A DNA stretch of 64,000 nt from Candidatus Latescibacterota bacterium (GCA_963662665.2 CAXXJS010000050.1:77757-141756); one strand, 5' to 3'; counted from the first letter of the stretch, positions 50,334-60,297 are shown. Notes: generated from the letters alone by a model not told the origin. Made by a program: numbers and translations.

Positions 50334-50487
50334 AAAAAAAAACGCGCGACCTGTCTACTTGCGCGTCGTATTAAGCAAAGCACCAGGTGACAAACGATCC
50401 TTTCCGTTGACACTCCTCCGCAAGTAGGTTGGTGGGCATATACTTATGGCATTTGACAAATTTAATTTATCGGGATCGGGTTGTCAA
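50334..50487 (-). promoter_or_regulatory. putative promoter and attenuator-like leader of thrS
   Basis: TTGACA-N17-TAAATT, then an ACGCGC/GCGCGT hairpin followed by a U-run, with a competing 9-bp pairing between 50419-50427 and 50355-50363. Confidence 0.45.
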
Positions 50488-50618
50488 GGGAAAACTCCCC
50501 TTTCGACAGGGTAATTCAACGCGGATTCGTCCCGCGAGGATGGCCCGCGGCAACCGCCGTTTCGAGTTCCGTGTTGTGTATACCGATGGCGCTCTCTTGT
50601 GGAATGCCCTCCGTGTCG

Positions 50619-51251
50619 TTACGGGAGGTCGAGCATCTTGTGGACCCGGCACGACAGTCGCCAGGCGGGGTGGCGTTTGAGGATATCGAGGGTCTTGCTG
50701 AGGTATTCGGGTTTGCTCGACTCGGGTTGGAGGTAGACGTACCCGGCGCGGCCTTCTTCCACGACATCCTCGTGAAAGTGTTTTCCAACCACGTATTTGA
50801 GCTCGGTAATGTACCTGAGGCCGCGCGCGATGGTTTTTCTCTTGGGGGAAACGGTCCAATGCTCAATGAGATCGTAGAGGGCGGGATCCGGATCGATGGC
50901 GCCGTTGGTTTCTATGTGGATTCGGTAATTCGCGGCCCGAAGTTCCCGGCAGAGCAGGCCGATGTTCTGGCCGAGGGGTTCGCCGCCCGTCAGGCATACC
51001 CATGAGGCGCTGTGGCGGCCGACTTCAGCCAGGATTTCGCCGACGTCGAGTTCGGTGTACGTATCGAATTCAGTGTCGCAGAAGAAGCAGCGCAGGTTGC
51101 ATCGGGCGAGGCGAACAAAAGTGGTGGGCTGGCCGACGCGCAGGCCCTCGCCTTCGATGGAGTAGAAGATCTCGTTGATCTGCAGCGTCCGGGCTTCTTC
51201 GCGCCAGAGCGGCATCCGGTCGGGCGGTGCTGGAGGGATGCCTTCCGGCAT
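50619..51251 (-). CDS. queE: 7-carboxy-7-deazaguanine synthase (radical SAM)
   Basis: INEIFYSIEGEG, FVRLARCNLRCFFCDT, TGGEP, ETNG and SPK. Start uncertain. Confidence 0.88.
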   Translation of the reverse strand: MPEGIPPAPPDRMPLWREEARTLQINEIFYSIEGEGLRVGQPTTFVRLARCNLRCFFCDTEFDTYTELDVGEILAEVGRHSASWVCLTGGEPLGQNIGLLCRELRAANYRIHIETNGAIDPDPALYDLIEHWTVSPKRKTIARGLRYITELKYVVGKHFHEDVVEEGRAGYVYLQPESSKPEYLSKTLDILKRHPAWRLSCRVHKMLDLP

Positions 51252-51526
51252 GTCGGGGTCTCTCGGGGACAAGACAGGCTCCGGTGGGTCGGCGTGATGG
51301 CGTTGTGTCCGGCAAGAGAGAAATAATGGAAAACCGGGACCCTGGACAAGGAAAATCCTTGACAGCGTGTACCGTGATTTCAATATTCCCGACCGTTCGG
51401 GGCATCCACCGGGGAACGCTCCGTTTTCTTGACGATTCCGTTTGGTGACCGGCGCACCCGCGTGCGCGTCGACGTGGAATTGTTTGAGCCGGGTTGCAGT
51501 CCGCGGCGTTATTGAAGGGCAATCGT

Positions 51527-52207
51527 GTGTCAGACCGGACCTATGAATCGGTGATATTCGACGTGGACGGTGTGATCGTGGATTCCGAAACGGTGTACTG
51601 CGAGACGTTCAACATGACATTGGCCGATTACGGCGCAGGAATCAGCCGCGACGATTATGCGGTTTGCGTGGGACATCCGGTGGAAGAAAACAGCGCGTAC
51701 GCCGTCGAACGATACGGATTGGACGTGGCGCCCGACCGGTTCCTCGGGATCTGGATGGGTCGATTCGAGGAAGCGATCGCAAATCCAGACCGGGTGATGC
51801 TGATGCCGGGAATCCTGGAACTGTTGGCGTACGTCCGGTCCCGCGGCTACATGCTCGGCCTGGCTTCGTCCACGCAGCGTTGCCGGATGACGAAGACGCT
51901 GGGCAGTGGCCTGCTATCCAGACTGGAAGCCGTACATGAACTGGCCGACGTGTTTGACGCCGTGCTGTCCGGCAGCGACGTCGAACGGCTGAAACCGGCG
52001 CCCGATATCTATTTGATGGCGGCCGAAAAACTTGCGGTCGAACCGGAGCGATGCGCGGTCATCGAAGATAGTGAGGCGGGCGTTAAAGCCGGCAAGGCCG
52101 CCGGGATGACCGTGTTCGCCGTGCCGAATTTCTTCACCGCAAGACAAGACCACGGCGACGCCGATTTCGTCCTTGGCGGACTCACGGACGCATTGCCATA
52201 TTTATGA
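51527..52207 (+). CDS. HAD family phosphatase (beta-PGM/CbbY-like)
   Basis: FDVDGVIVDSE, KPAPDIY and IEDS. Confidence 0.9.
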   Translation: MSDRTYESVIFDVDGVIVDSETVYCETFNMTLADYGAGISRDDYAVCVGHPVEENSAYAVERYGLDVAPDRFLGIWMGRFEEAIANPDRVMLMPGILELLAYVRSRGYMLGLASSTQRCRMTKTLGSGLLSRLEAVHELADVFDAVLSGSDVERLKPAPDIYLMAAEKLAVEPERCAVIEDSEAGVKAGKAAGMTVFAVPNFFTARQDHGDADFVLGGLTDALPYL

Positions 52208-52256
52208 AATTGCCGACGATGCCGGGTTGGAAACGATCGATCGTCATCGGGGGACC

Positions 52257-52979
52257 TCACGCGTAGGTTTCGGCGTCGTCCTCGGGGGCGTAGCCGAGTT
52301 CCTCGCGGGCGTTTCGGAGGTCCCAGTATGCGCGGGTATTGTTCGATATGCCGTAGTAAATGCCGAAATGAACATCGGTTTCGATGCTGCACCGCACGAG
52401 TTGAACGGTGTCGCGGTGGCTGAGCCAGGACGCGAGGATGCGGTCGTTCGTGCGGTTGATGACCGAGTCAGCGGGCTGGAAGGAACCGATCCGCAGACAG
52501 ATAACCGACAGCCCGAAAGCATCCGCGTAGTACCGGCCCAGGTCTTCTCCGTAGGCCTTGCTGGCGCCGTAGAAGCTGTCCGGCCGCGCGTTCACCTCGG
52601 TCGTGGTACCGATGCCGTTTTTTTCGTAGTAACCGGTCACGTGGTTGCTGCTGGCAAACACGACGCGGGGCACGCCCCTCCGGCGGGCCGCTTCGTAAAC
52701 GGTGTACGTACCGCGGATATTGGCTTCGAGGATGTCTTCGAAGGAGGCATTCCCGTTCGGATTACCTGCCATGTGCACAATGGCGTCCACCCCGTCAGCT
52801 GCTTCCGCCACCTTGTCCATTTCCGTAATATTTGAAACGAGCACCTCTTCGCCGGGCCGGGCCGGCAGGACGGTGTTGTGATAAAGCAGTCTGATGACGT
52901 AGTCGTCCTTCAATCCCTCGTGCAGAACACGGCCGATCCTGCCGGCAGCGCCGGTGATGAGAATTTTCTTTTTTTGCAC
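52257..52979 (-). CDS. NAD-dependent epimerase/dehydrogenase (uronate dehydrogenase-like)
   Basis: ITGAAGRIG, FASSNH, YGASK and WLSHRD. Confidence 0.85.
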   Translation of the reverse strand: MQKKKILITGAAGRIGRVLHEGLKDDYVIRLLYHNTVLPARPGEEVLVSNITEMDKVAEAADGVDAIVHMAGNPNGNASFEDILEANIRGTYTVYEAARRRGVPRVVFASSNHVTGYYEKNGIGTTTEVNARPDSFYGASKAYGEDLGRYYADAFGLSVICLRIGSFQPADSVINRTNDRILASWLSHRDTVQLVRCSIETDVHFGIYYGISNNTRAYWDLRNAREELGYAPEDDAETYA

Positions 52980-53052
52980 GTGAAGCCTTTCGGTTGAACT
53001 GTACGTCAACAGAGGATGACTGCGTGGAATGGCCTGCACGTCCGGCGGGGAC

Positions 53053-53889
53053 TTACAACGGTTTGACATCCGCCCATTCGGGAAGGAGCCTGGCGGCATT
53101 GTTCCAGAGAATGTCTCTCATGGTCTGTTCGGGGAGATCGGCGCCCAGGATCTTTCCCAGACACTGGCCGAACAGGCGGACCGGCAGGTCCGACGCGTAG
53201 ACGACGCGACCGCCTCCCAGGGCGTCAACTGCGGTTTCGACGATGCCGGCCTCCGGGTCGCCGCCGCCGGTGTCCACCACCAGGTTGGGACAGTGGACAA
53301 CGTGCTCGATGCCGCGGAGCCCGCATCCATTCAGGTGGGCCATGATGATTTTCGCGCCGGGATGCCTGCGCGCCAGGTCGGCCACGTCCTGAGGAAAGGA
53401 TTCGCCGGGCAGGTTGCCGGAGGTTTTGTCCCACGCGTGCTGCAGGACCGGGACGCCGAGTTCGGCGGCGCGTTGTATTATCGGATCCAGACCCGGGTCG
53501 GTGGCACGTCGCGCCACCCAGAGCTTGATTCCGCACATGCGTTCTTTTATGATACAGCGGTCAATTTCGTCGACGGAATCGTCGGGATAGGCCGGATTCA
53601 CGTAGCAGAAGGGCAGGAAGGCTCCGGGCGCCCGATCACGCATCCGCAGGTTGTAATCGTTGCCGTCGCGGCAGTGTTGCATCGCGGGTTCGTGCAGGCG
53701 GCTGCCCGCGCCCGATGCGGGATGCAGCAGAAAGATGCACATTTTCGTAATCCCGGCGCGTCCGGCGGCTTCCAGGATTCTCCCGGCGTCTGCCTTCACG
53801 GAAGCCGCGCCGGGTCCGAGAGGGTGGACGTGCACGTCCAGGACGTCGCAGGGCGGCTTCAGCTTGTCTCTCAACGTCGAAAGGTCCAC
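53053..53889 (-). CDS. amidohydrolase_2 family protein
   Basis: DVHVH, GIKLW, LQH, MAH and YASD. Confidence 0.85.
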   Translation of the reverse strand: MDLSTLRDKLKPPCDVLDVHVHPLGPGAASVKADAGRILEAAGRAGITKMCIFLLHPASGAGSRLHEPAMQHCRDGNDYNLRMRDRAPGAFLPFCYVNPAYPDDSVDEIDRCIIKERMCGIKLWVARRATDPGLDPIIQRAAELGVPVLQHAWDKTSGNLPGESFPQDVADLARRHPGAKIIMAHLNGCGLRGIEHVVHCPNLVVDTGGGDPEAGIVETAVDALGGGRVVYASDLPVRLFGQCLGKILGADLPEQTMRDILWNNAARLLPEWADVKPL

Positions 53890-53921
53890 GGCGACTCCTG
53901 TGTTCCGGGACGGAACACGGG

Positions 53922-54674
53922 TTACCAGGTGACGATCCGCTCGGCATTCCCGCCCAGGATGGCCGCGGCGTCGTCGTCCGAGAGGTCGGTGACCACGCGC
54001 GAAAGGGCCGAATAGGGGATGAAAAGCGGAGCGTGTGAGCCGAACAGCAATTTGTCCCTCAGGCCGTCTTCGACCAGCACCTTTACCGCATCCATGCCAT
54101 CGGCCTGGGAAACGTCGGCGAAGAGGTTGGGCAGGTCAGGAAGCCTGTCTCCAAGCGCCCTGATTTCGCCCGTGCGCGGGCCTCCGATGATTACGGGAAG
54201 ATCGGGATACCGTTCCGCGGCATCCGCGATTTCGGCGGCCGGGACGTCGGGTACCTGGCCGAGGGGATGTTGCCGGCGGGGATCCTCGAGACGGGTCTGG
54301 ACGATAACACCCAACCCCGTGTCGGAGAGGGCCGTGAACAGGTCGCCGGCGACGGCAAGTTCGTAGCACGAGTAGGCGGGCAGGAGCTTGACCAGCCGTA
54401 CCCGGGGTTGCTCTTTCGCCCGCTCCAGTTCGTCTCGCCACGTGGCGATGGTTGGATCCAGGACAGGTACGGGATAGACGTCTTCGGTAGCGTGCGACGC
54501 GGCGTAGATACCGTCGTTGAACCGATGGGGGTTGCGGCACCACGCGGCGTCGAGCGGGGAGACGCAGATGCGTTCCACGCCGTATTCGGTGAGGGAGGCT
54601 CGCACGCGGTCCAGGGCGCCTTCAACGGGATGCGAGGGCCAGTGACCGGCGTAGGCGTTAATGTCGATGATCAT
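53922..54674 (-). CDS. amidohydrolase_2-like protein with degenerate metal ligands
   Basis: IIDINAY replaces DxHxH, and FGSH replaces FGSD. Confidence 0.75.
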   Translation of the reverse strand: MIIDINAYAGHWPSHPVEGALDRVRASLTEYGVERICVSPLDAAWCRNPHRFNDGIYAASHATEDVYPVPVLDPTIATWRDELERAKEQPRVRLVKLLPAYSCYELAVAGDLFTALSDTGLGVIVQTRLEDPRRQHPLGQVPDVPAAEIADAAERYPDLPVIIGGPRTGEIRALGDRLPDLPNLFADVSQADGMDAVKVLVEDGLRDKLLFGSHAPLFIPYSALSRVVTDLSDDDAAAILGGNAERIVTW

Positions 54675-54746
54675 CGGGTTCTCCGTGCGTAAACTGCATA
54701 AATATCAGATGAGAACGAACCGCCGTACCGGAGCGGCAGCGATCGG

Positions 54747-55580
54747 TCAGAGGGTTTCAACGCCGGCCCACGCCGGCAGAAGGCGGGCCGTGTTGTTCCA
54801 CAGGATGTCCTTTATTGCGGTGTCCGGAAGATCGGTGCCGAGCGTCTTGCCGAGTTGTACCCCGAAGTGGCGGATCGGGGCGTCGGAGCCGTAGACGATG
54901 CGCTCCGATCCGATGGTTGACGCCGCCGCTTCGACGATTCCGCTGTCCGGATCACCTCCGGAGGTGTCGACGTAGACGTTCGGACAGTCCGCCACGTCTT
55001 CCATGCCGGCAAGCCCGCATCCGTTCATATGCGCCATGATGATGTTCGCCCGGGGGTGACGGCGCGCCAGGTGCGCCACGTCGGACGGAAAGGACTCGCC
55101 CACAAGATTGCCGTCTGTTTTGATCCACGCGTGTTGAAGCACCGGAACTCCGAACTGTACGGCGCGTTCCAGGATGGGGTCCAGGCCCGGATCGGTGGCG
55201 CGGCGGGCGACCCACAGCTTGATGCCCCCCATCCGCTCGCGTTCGATGCAGCGGTCTATTTCCGCAACGGATTCCAGAGGGTACATCGGGTTGACGTAAC
55301 AGAAGGGGATGAAGATATCGGGCGCCAGATCCCGCATCGCCAGGGCATAATCGTTGGCCTGCCTGAACGCTTCAACCGATGGTTCTCTGGGGCACGTGGT
55401 GTACAGTGAAAACAGGCACATCTTTGCCACCCCCGCACGCGCGGCGGATTCGATAATGAGGCGTGCGTCTTCCTTGGCGCCGGCTATCCTGTAAAGCCCG
55501 AAGCAATCCAGCGGATGCACGTGGACGTCCAGGGCAGGACAGGGCGGTTTCAGGCGGTCCGACAATTCGGAACGCGTCAT
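54747..55580 (-). CDS. amidohydrolase_2 family protein, paralog of 53053-53889
   Basis: Shares PFCYVNP, GIKLWVARRATDPGLDPI and ILWNN with the first copy. Confidence 0.85.
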   Translation of the reverse strand: MTRSELSDRLKPPCPALDVHVHPLDCFGLYRIAGAKEDARLIIESAARAGVAKMCLFSLYTTCPREPSVEAFRQANDYALAMRDLAPDIFIPFCYVNPMYPLESVAEIDRCIERERMGGIKLWVARRATDPGLDPILERAVQFGVPVLQHAWIKTDGNLVGESFPSDVAHLARRHPRANIIMAHMNGCGLAGMEDVADCPNVYVDTSGGDPDSGIVEAAASTIGSERIVYGSDAPIRHFGVQLGKTLGTDLPDTAIKDILWNNTARLLPAWAGVETL

Positions 55581-55880
55581 CGCGTATCTCCCGGATGAGG
55601 CATTTCGTGTATGCTTATAGCAAGCGCTGCGGGCGTTTTTTTCCAATTTTTCCCCTTGCCCCCGCAACGGGACCCATATATAATTAACTTACGGCGAGTT
55701 GTCAGCAGATTTCGACCCCGCCGGCGCAGATTCAGGACGTCGATGCCGCGATATCAAGGAACCCGAACTGCCTCGACGTTCGGACGGCGGAAATGGATTC
55801 GGTCGACAGGCGGCGCAGGCGCGATAAGCGGCGGTCGGAAGCTCGTGCGTTGAGAGGTCGGACCCGGAACCGGGAAAAAC

Positions 55881-56642
55881 ATGAAAGCAATCGTCATTGC
55901 CGCGGGATACGCCACCCGTCTCTACCCGCTGACGAAGAATTTCCCTAAGGGGCTTCTCAAGGTGGGCGGTCGCGCGATCATGGACTATCTCATGGACCAG
56001 ATCGCGTCCGTTCCCGGGCTGGATGGGGTCTATCTGATCACCAACAGCCGGTTCGCCGGGCATTTCGAACGGTGGTCGGCCGGGTGGAACGGCCGGTTGA
56101 AAATTGACGTGATCGACGACGGGACCACCACGAACGAAAATCGGCTTGGCGCGGTGGGGGACATCCGGTTCGCCGTTCGGGCGCGGTCCATTTCGGACGA
56201 CGTTCTGGTATGCGGATCCGACAATCTGTTCCGGTTTCGACTGAAGGATCTGGTGGCGGATTTCCACGCCAATCCGGTGGCCCATATCTGCGTATGTCGC
56301 GTGGACGACCCGGAGGACCGCAGGCGGCGCGGGATTGCAGTTCTGGATGAAGAGAACAGGGTCGTGAGGTTTAGCGAGAAGCCCGCCGAACCCGAGTCAT
56401 GCTGGGGCTCGGCGGCGTTTTACGTATACCCGGCATCCACGCTAAAGCGGTTCGACGAATACGTCGACAGCGGACGGACGACGGATGCGCCCGGGCACTT
56501 CGTCGAGTGGCTCTGCCACGTGGAGCCTGTGTATGCACACAGGCTCCGGGGAACAGCGATCGATATAGGTAGTCCCGAAACCCTGGAGCAGGCGAGGCGT
56601 GAATACGAGAAGACGGCCGGCCAACTGGATTCTCCTTGGTGA
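55881..56642 (+). CDS. sugar-phosphate nucleotidyltransferase
   Basis: IAAGYATRLYPLTKNFPKGLL, EKP and DIG. Confidence 0.9.
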   Translation: MKAIVIAAGYATRLYPLTKNFPKGLLKVGGRAIMDYLMDQIASVPGLDGVYLITNSRFAGHFERWSAGWNGRLKIDVIDDGTTTNENRLGAVGDIRFAVRARSISDDVLVCGSDNLFRFRLKDLVADFHANPVAHICVCRVDDPEDRRRRGIAVLDEENRVVRFSEKPAEPESCWGSAAFYVYPASTLKRFDEYVDSGRTTDAPGHFVEWLCHVEPVYAHRLRGTAIDIGSPETLEQARREYEKTAGQLDSPW

Positions 56643-56682
56643 ATTGTTGCGGATCAAAGCAGTAGATCGGGGGTGGTCTTTT

Positions 56683-58131
56683 ATGCGCCGTCACTTCTCC
56701 CTGGGCGCGATGTTTCTCCTGTTGATTCCGGCTGCGGGGTTCGCCCACAGTCTGGGGGCCGATTTCGACGGGGACGGCGAGGTGGGGTTTTCGGATTTCC
56801 TGCTGTTCGCGGAAGCGTACGGGTCCTCCAACGTCCGGTTTGATCTGAACGACGACGGCGAGGTGGGATTTAACGACTTTGTGCTGTTCGCGGCAGACTA
56901 CGGCAAAGTCACGCACGAGGAGGGGGAGACGGACGTTGGGGGGGGCCGTTCGACGTTCGAGGCGATACAGGACCATATATTCAATGAAAGCTGCATCAGC
57001 AGTTCCTGCCACAGCTCATCATGGGCGGCTGCCGGACTTTCGCTCGAACCGGACGTGACATACGATCAACTGGTGGGGCGGGTACCGCAGAACGCGAAAG
57101 CGCGGGAAGAGGGAATGCTGCTGGTAAAAGAAGGGGATCCCCAAAAGAGTTTTCTGATGACAAAGCTGACCGGGTCGGGGGTGGGGTACGGCGACCGGAT
57201 GCCGAGGTCGTATTCCAGTCTCAGCGGTGTCGCCATCGACGCGATCCGGGCATGGATCGCGGCAGGGGCGCCCCGGGACAGCGTGGTGGCGGATGCACCC
57301 GACCTGGATCGCGTCCTGCACGGGACGGAGTTCTATTTTCAACCGCCGGCGCCGCCAGCGCGGGGGATTCAGCTTCACCTGAAACCCTTTGCAATCGGGC
57401 CGCGGTCGGAACGGGAGATCTTTTCAACAACGCGGCTGGGTACGGCCGAAGACCTGATGGTGAACAAGATCGAGGTGGTGCAGCCGGAGGGCAGCCATCA
57501 TTTCATTCTTTATCAGACGACGGACGAAAACCCGCCCCCGCCGGGCGTTCGAGACCTGGATCCGATCGAGGCGCTCGGGATCTTCCGCAAACAGTTCGTC
57601 GTGGGCAGCCAGTCGCCGAAGGCCGTTTTCGATTTTCCCGATGGCACTGCGATTCCGATGCCGGCCGATGCGACCTATGAGCTGAACTCCCACTTTGTAA
57701 ATACGTCAGGGGAGAACACGCTCATCGGCGAGGTGTACGTCAATTTGCATACGATTCCGGCCGATAGTGTCAATGTAGTCGCGAAACCCATCTTCGTCAG
57801 CAATTTCGGCATCCGGGTCCCACCGGGTCAGACGGCGACGACCGGCCAGGACTGGACGTTAAGGCAGGACGTTAACGTGATCATGCTGTCCTCGCACATG
57901 CATCGCCACGGCCGCCGGTTCGACATTTTTCTGGGCGAGGAACGGATCTACAGGAGCGAGGAATGGGCCGAGCCGGTGACACTCCTGTTTAATCCGGTGC
58001 TTCAGGTCAAGGCGGGTGAAAGAGTGAGATTCGAGTGCACCCACGAAAACGACGACAAGGACTTCACCATTCAATTCGGATTTACGGCCGAGAACGACGA
58101 GATGTGTATCATGCTGGGGTATTATTATTGA
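56683..58131 (+). CDS. secreted protein: dockerin/EF-hand-like repeats + cytochrome c-like domain + PHM/DBH-like copper monooxygenase
   Basis: Signal peptide; DFDGDGEVGFSDF twice; CISSSCH...RMP...IRAWIAAGA; then SHHFIL, NSHFVN, SHMH and EMC copper ligands. Confidence 0.75.
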   Translation: MRRHFSLGAMFLLLIPAAGFAHSLGADFDGDGEVGFSDFLLFAEAYGSSNVRFDLNDDGEVGFNDFVLFAADYGKVTHEEGETDVGGGRSTFEAIQDHIFNESCISSSCHSSSWAAAGLSLEPDVTYDQLVGRVPQNAKAREEGMLLVKEGDPQKSFLMTKLTGSGVGYGDRMPRSYSSLSGVAIDAIRAWIAAGAPRDSVVADAPDLDRVLHGTEFYFQPPAPPARGIQLHLKPFAIGPRSEREIFSTTRLGTAEDLMVNKIEVVQPEGSHHFILYQTTDENPPPPGVRDLDPIEALGIFRKQFVVGSQSPKAVFDFPDGTAIPMPADATYELNSHFVNTSGENTLIGEVYVNLHTIPADSVNVVAKPIFVSNFGIRVPPGQTATTGQDWTLRQDVNVIMLSSHMHRHGRRFDIFLGEERIYRSEEWAEPVTLLFNPVLQVKAGERVRFECTHENDDKDFTIQFGFTAENDEMCIMLGYYY

Positions 58132-58201
58132 CAAACCCGGAACCGAATTCCCGTACGGGATTCGCGCCGGAGGCAGTCTCGGTAAGGCGGATCGGGATCT
58201 C

Positions 58202-58972
58202 TCAGGCGACGTTCCGCAGTACCTCATCCAAAAGAACACCGTTGGTGGAAATGGCTTCTCTGCCCCGAATGGTCGGTTTTCCGCGCCAGTCCGTAAACGT
58301 TCCGCCCGCTTCTTCCAGAATAGGCTGCAGCGCGGCGCAGTCCCACACCTCCATTACGGGGTCCAGCATGATTTCCGCACGCCCTGTGGCCACCAGGACG
58401 TGGCCGTAACAGTCGCCCCATCCCCGGCAGTACGCGACCCTTCCGGCGAGGTTCAGGTACGCGCCATCCTTGCCGTATTCCGCGAACGACTCGAAGTCCG
58501 TGGCGCACAACAGGGCGTCTTCCATGCGTGAGACACTCGAGACTCGTGCAGGCCGGCCGTTCCACGTGCAGCCCAGTCCCCTGGCGGCGCAGACCATCTC
58601 ATTCATGGCGGGGAGGTTGACCACGCCCACGGACGGCACGTCGTCGATTTCCACGCAGATCATCACTCCGTAAAGTGGCACGCCGTGAACAAAGGACTTT
58701 GTACCGTCAATCGGATCGATGATCCAGCGACGCCCCGTCCGCCCGTCCCGGTCGCCGAATTCCTCTCCGACGATGGCATCGTCCGGAAAACGGTCCTGTA
58801 TCAGACCGGCTATCTCTCGTTCGGCGGCGCGGTCGGCTTCCGTAACGGGGCTGTCGTCGGATTTCCTGTCTACGGCTATGCCGGTCTGAAAATGCCGCAG
58901 GGTGATGCGGCCCGCCTGCCAGGCCGCGTGGGTGCTGAATGCCAGAAGATCCTGGAGTGCAGGCTGTGCCAT
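58202..58972 (-). CDS. hisN: histidinol-phosphatase (inositol monophosphatase family)
   Basis: KSDDSPVTEAD, GEE, IDPIDGTKSF, GDCYG and WDCAAL. Confidence 0.85.
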   Translation of the reverse strand: MAQPALQDLLAFSTHAAWQAGRITLRHFQTGIAVDRKSDDSPVTEADRAAEREIAGLIQDRFPDDAIVGEEFGDRDGRTGRRWIIDPIDGTKSFVHGVPLYGVMICVEIDDVPSVGVVNLPAMNEMVCAARGLGCTWNGRPARVSSVSRMEDALLCATDFESFAEYGKDGAYLNLAGRVAYCRGWGDCYGHVLVATGRAEIMLDPVMEVWDCAALQPILEEAGGTFTDWRGKPTIRGREAISTNGVLLDEVLRNVA

Positions 58973-59128
58973 GGGCGTCCCTTTCTCTGTCCCGAGCGGC
59001 ACAATGGCTCCGCGGGGTTGTAGGCCTCTACACGGCGGAATGGAGACCGCGTTGTCTCGATTGTGGCTGAAATGTATGCAGGCGTGAGAAGGATGTCAAG
59101 TTCGGGCCCGCGGTGTGCAGAGTTCTGC

Positions 59129-59302
59129 TTGCGTTTTTTGAACGGAATGGTTATATTTGCGGTGGAGGCTGGATCTTCAGGATTCAACCTCTAAAAGTGC
59201 CTTGAATCTACATTGAGGGTGACCCAACCGGAAGTTATTCCACAGGTTACTGTGGAACTTCGTCAATAATTTTCGGCACCTGGTAGGTTAGGCGCTTTTT
59301 TT
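59129..59302 (+). ncRNA. putative structured small RNA or leader with its own promoter
   Basis: TTGCGT-N17-TATATT promoter, a 5' hairpin at 59165-59191, a long interrupted stem at 59193-59299, then T7. Confidence 0.55.
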
Positions 59303-59369
59303 ATTTGATGCGCCGGACCTCAAAGCGTGTGTACCGCTGGCCGCGCGTGCGGATTGACGGGAGGCATTT

Positions 59370-60143
59370 ATGCTGGACGTCGAGTTTGTCGAACCTGTGG
59401 AAGTGGAAAGAGCCGCCCGGATTTTTCATCGGGACGGGTTTGTCGTGATGCGAAATGCATTGACGGCACAACAACTGGCCTATGCACGGTCGGGTGCGGA
59501 CCGGGTGATCGCGCAGCAGACGGCGGCGATTCCATTGGAGGATGCGAACCGCGGATACGCGCGCTACTCCTTCGGTCCTCAACACCACCACCCGGAGTGG
59601 GCTCAACTGATTGATTTGCAGACGGTTCTACCAGTCCTGGAAGCGATCTGGACAAGCAGTGAATTCCACTGTTGGGGCGCCGGAGGAGATTACTCGCTGC
59701 CCGGCGCAAGGATTCAGAAGCTGCATGCGGATATCACGGATATGCTCCGCGATCCCCAGGGTCGGGTGAATGTAATGGACCTGCCAACGCCGGTAATCGT
59801 GGTGAATTTCCCCATGGTGGATTTTACGGAGATCAATGGCGCCACACGGTTTGTGCCCGGCACCCACCGCAATCGGGATCCGGTGCCCGGGCTGGAGGAG
59901 GAGCCGGACTGGATGAAGCGGTCGATCGTATGCGGGCCCGCGGGTGGAGCGGTGATTCGTGATATCCGTTGCTGGCACGGGGGTACGGCCAACCGGTCGG
60001 GTGAGATTCGCGCGATGACCAGCGTGGGTTATTCGGCGCCGTGGTTCGTGTGGCTCAGAAGGGAACACCCCTTGCCCCGGCCCGTGTACGATTCCCTTTC
60101 GGATCGGGCGAAGGACCTGACACGATTTATCGTGGAAGTTTGA
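59370..60143 (+). CDS. phytanoyl-CoA dioxygenase (PhyH) family Fe/2OG enzyme
   Basis: QKLHAD, NGATRFVPGTH and WHGGTANRS...R. Confidence 0.88.
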   Translation: MLDVEFVEPVEVERAARIFHRDGFVVMRNALTAQQLAYARSGADRVIAQQTAAIPLEDANRGYARYSFGPQHHHPEWAQLIDLQTVLPVLEAIWTSSEFHCWGAGGDYSLPGARIQKLHADITDMLRDPQGRVNVMDLPTPVIVVNFPMVDFTEINGATRFVPGTHRNRDPVPGLEEEPDWMKRSIVCGPAGGAVIRDIRCWHGGTANRSGEIRAMTSVGYSAPWFVWLRREHPLPRPVYDSLSDRAKDLTRFIVEV

Positions 60144-60297
60144 GTGGCAGGCAACCGGGACGCGATCCGGTGATGAAAGGGCAGCATCGCATGGCAATAC
60201 GATTGGCCCCGCAACGTTGCGGGGCCCGAGTCATGCCGGATTGAAATAAGCCGCACACGCGGGCCGCAACCACAGGTTGCGGCCCGCTTTCAGTGTA

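Noticed and set aside
50240-50490. T-box riboswitch for thrS
   Set aside because: No GGTGGNACCGCG motif or stem I signature on the minus strand.
50619-51251. queE as part of a Dpd (7-deazaguanine DNA) system with the DGQHR gene
   Set aside because: It is 14 kb away among housekeeping genes, has host-like composition, and no dpdA-like transglycosylase is present.
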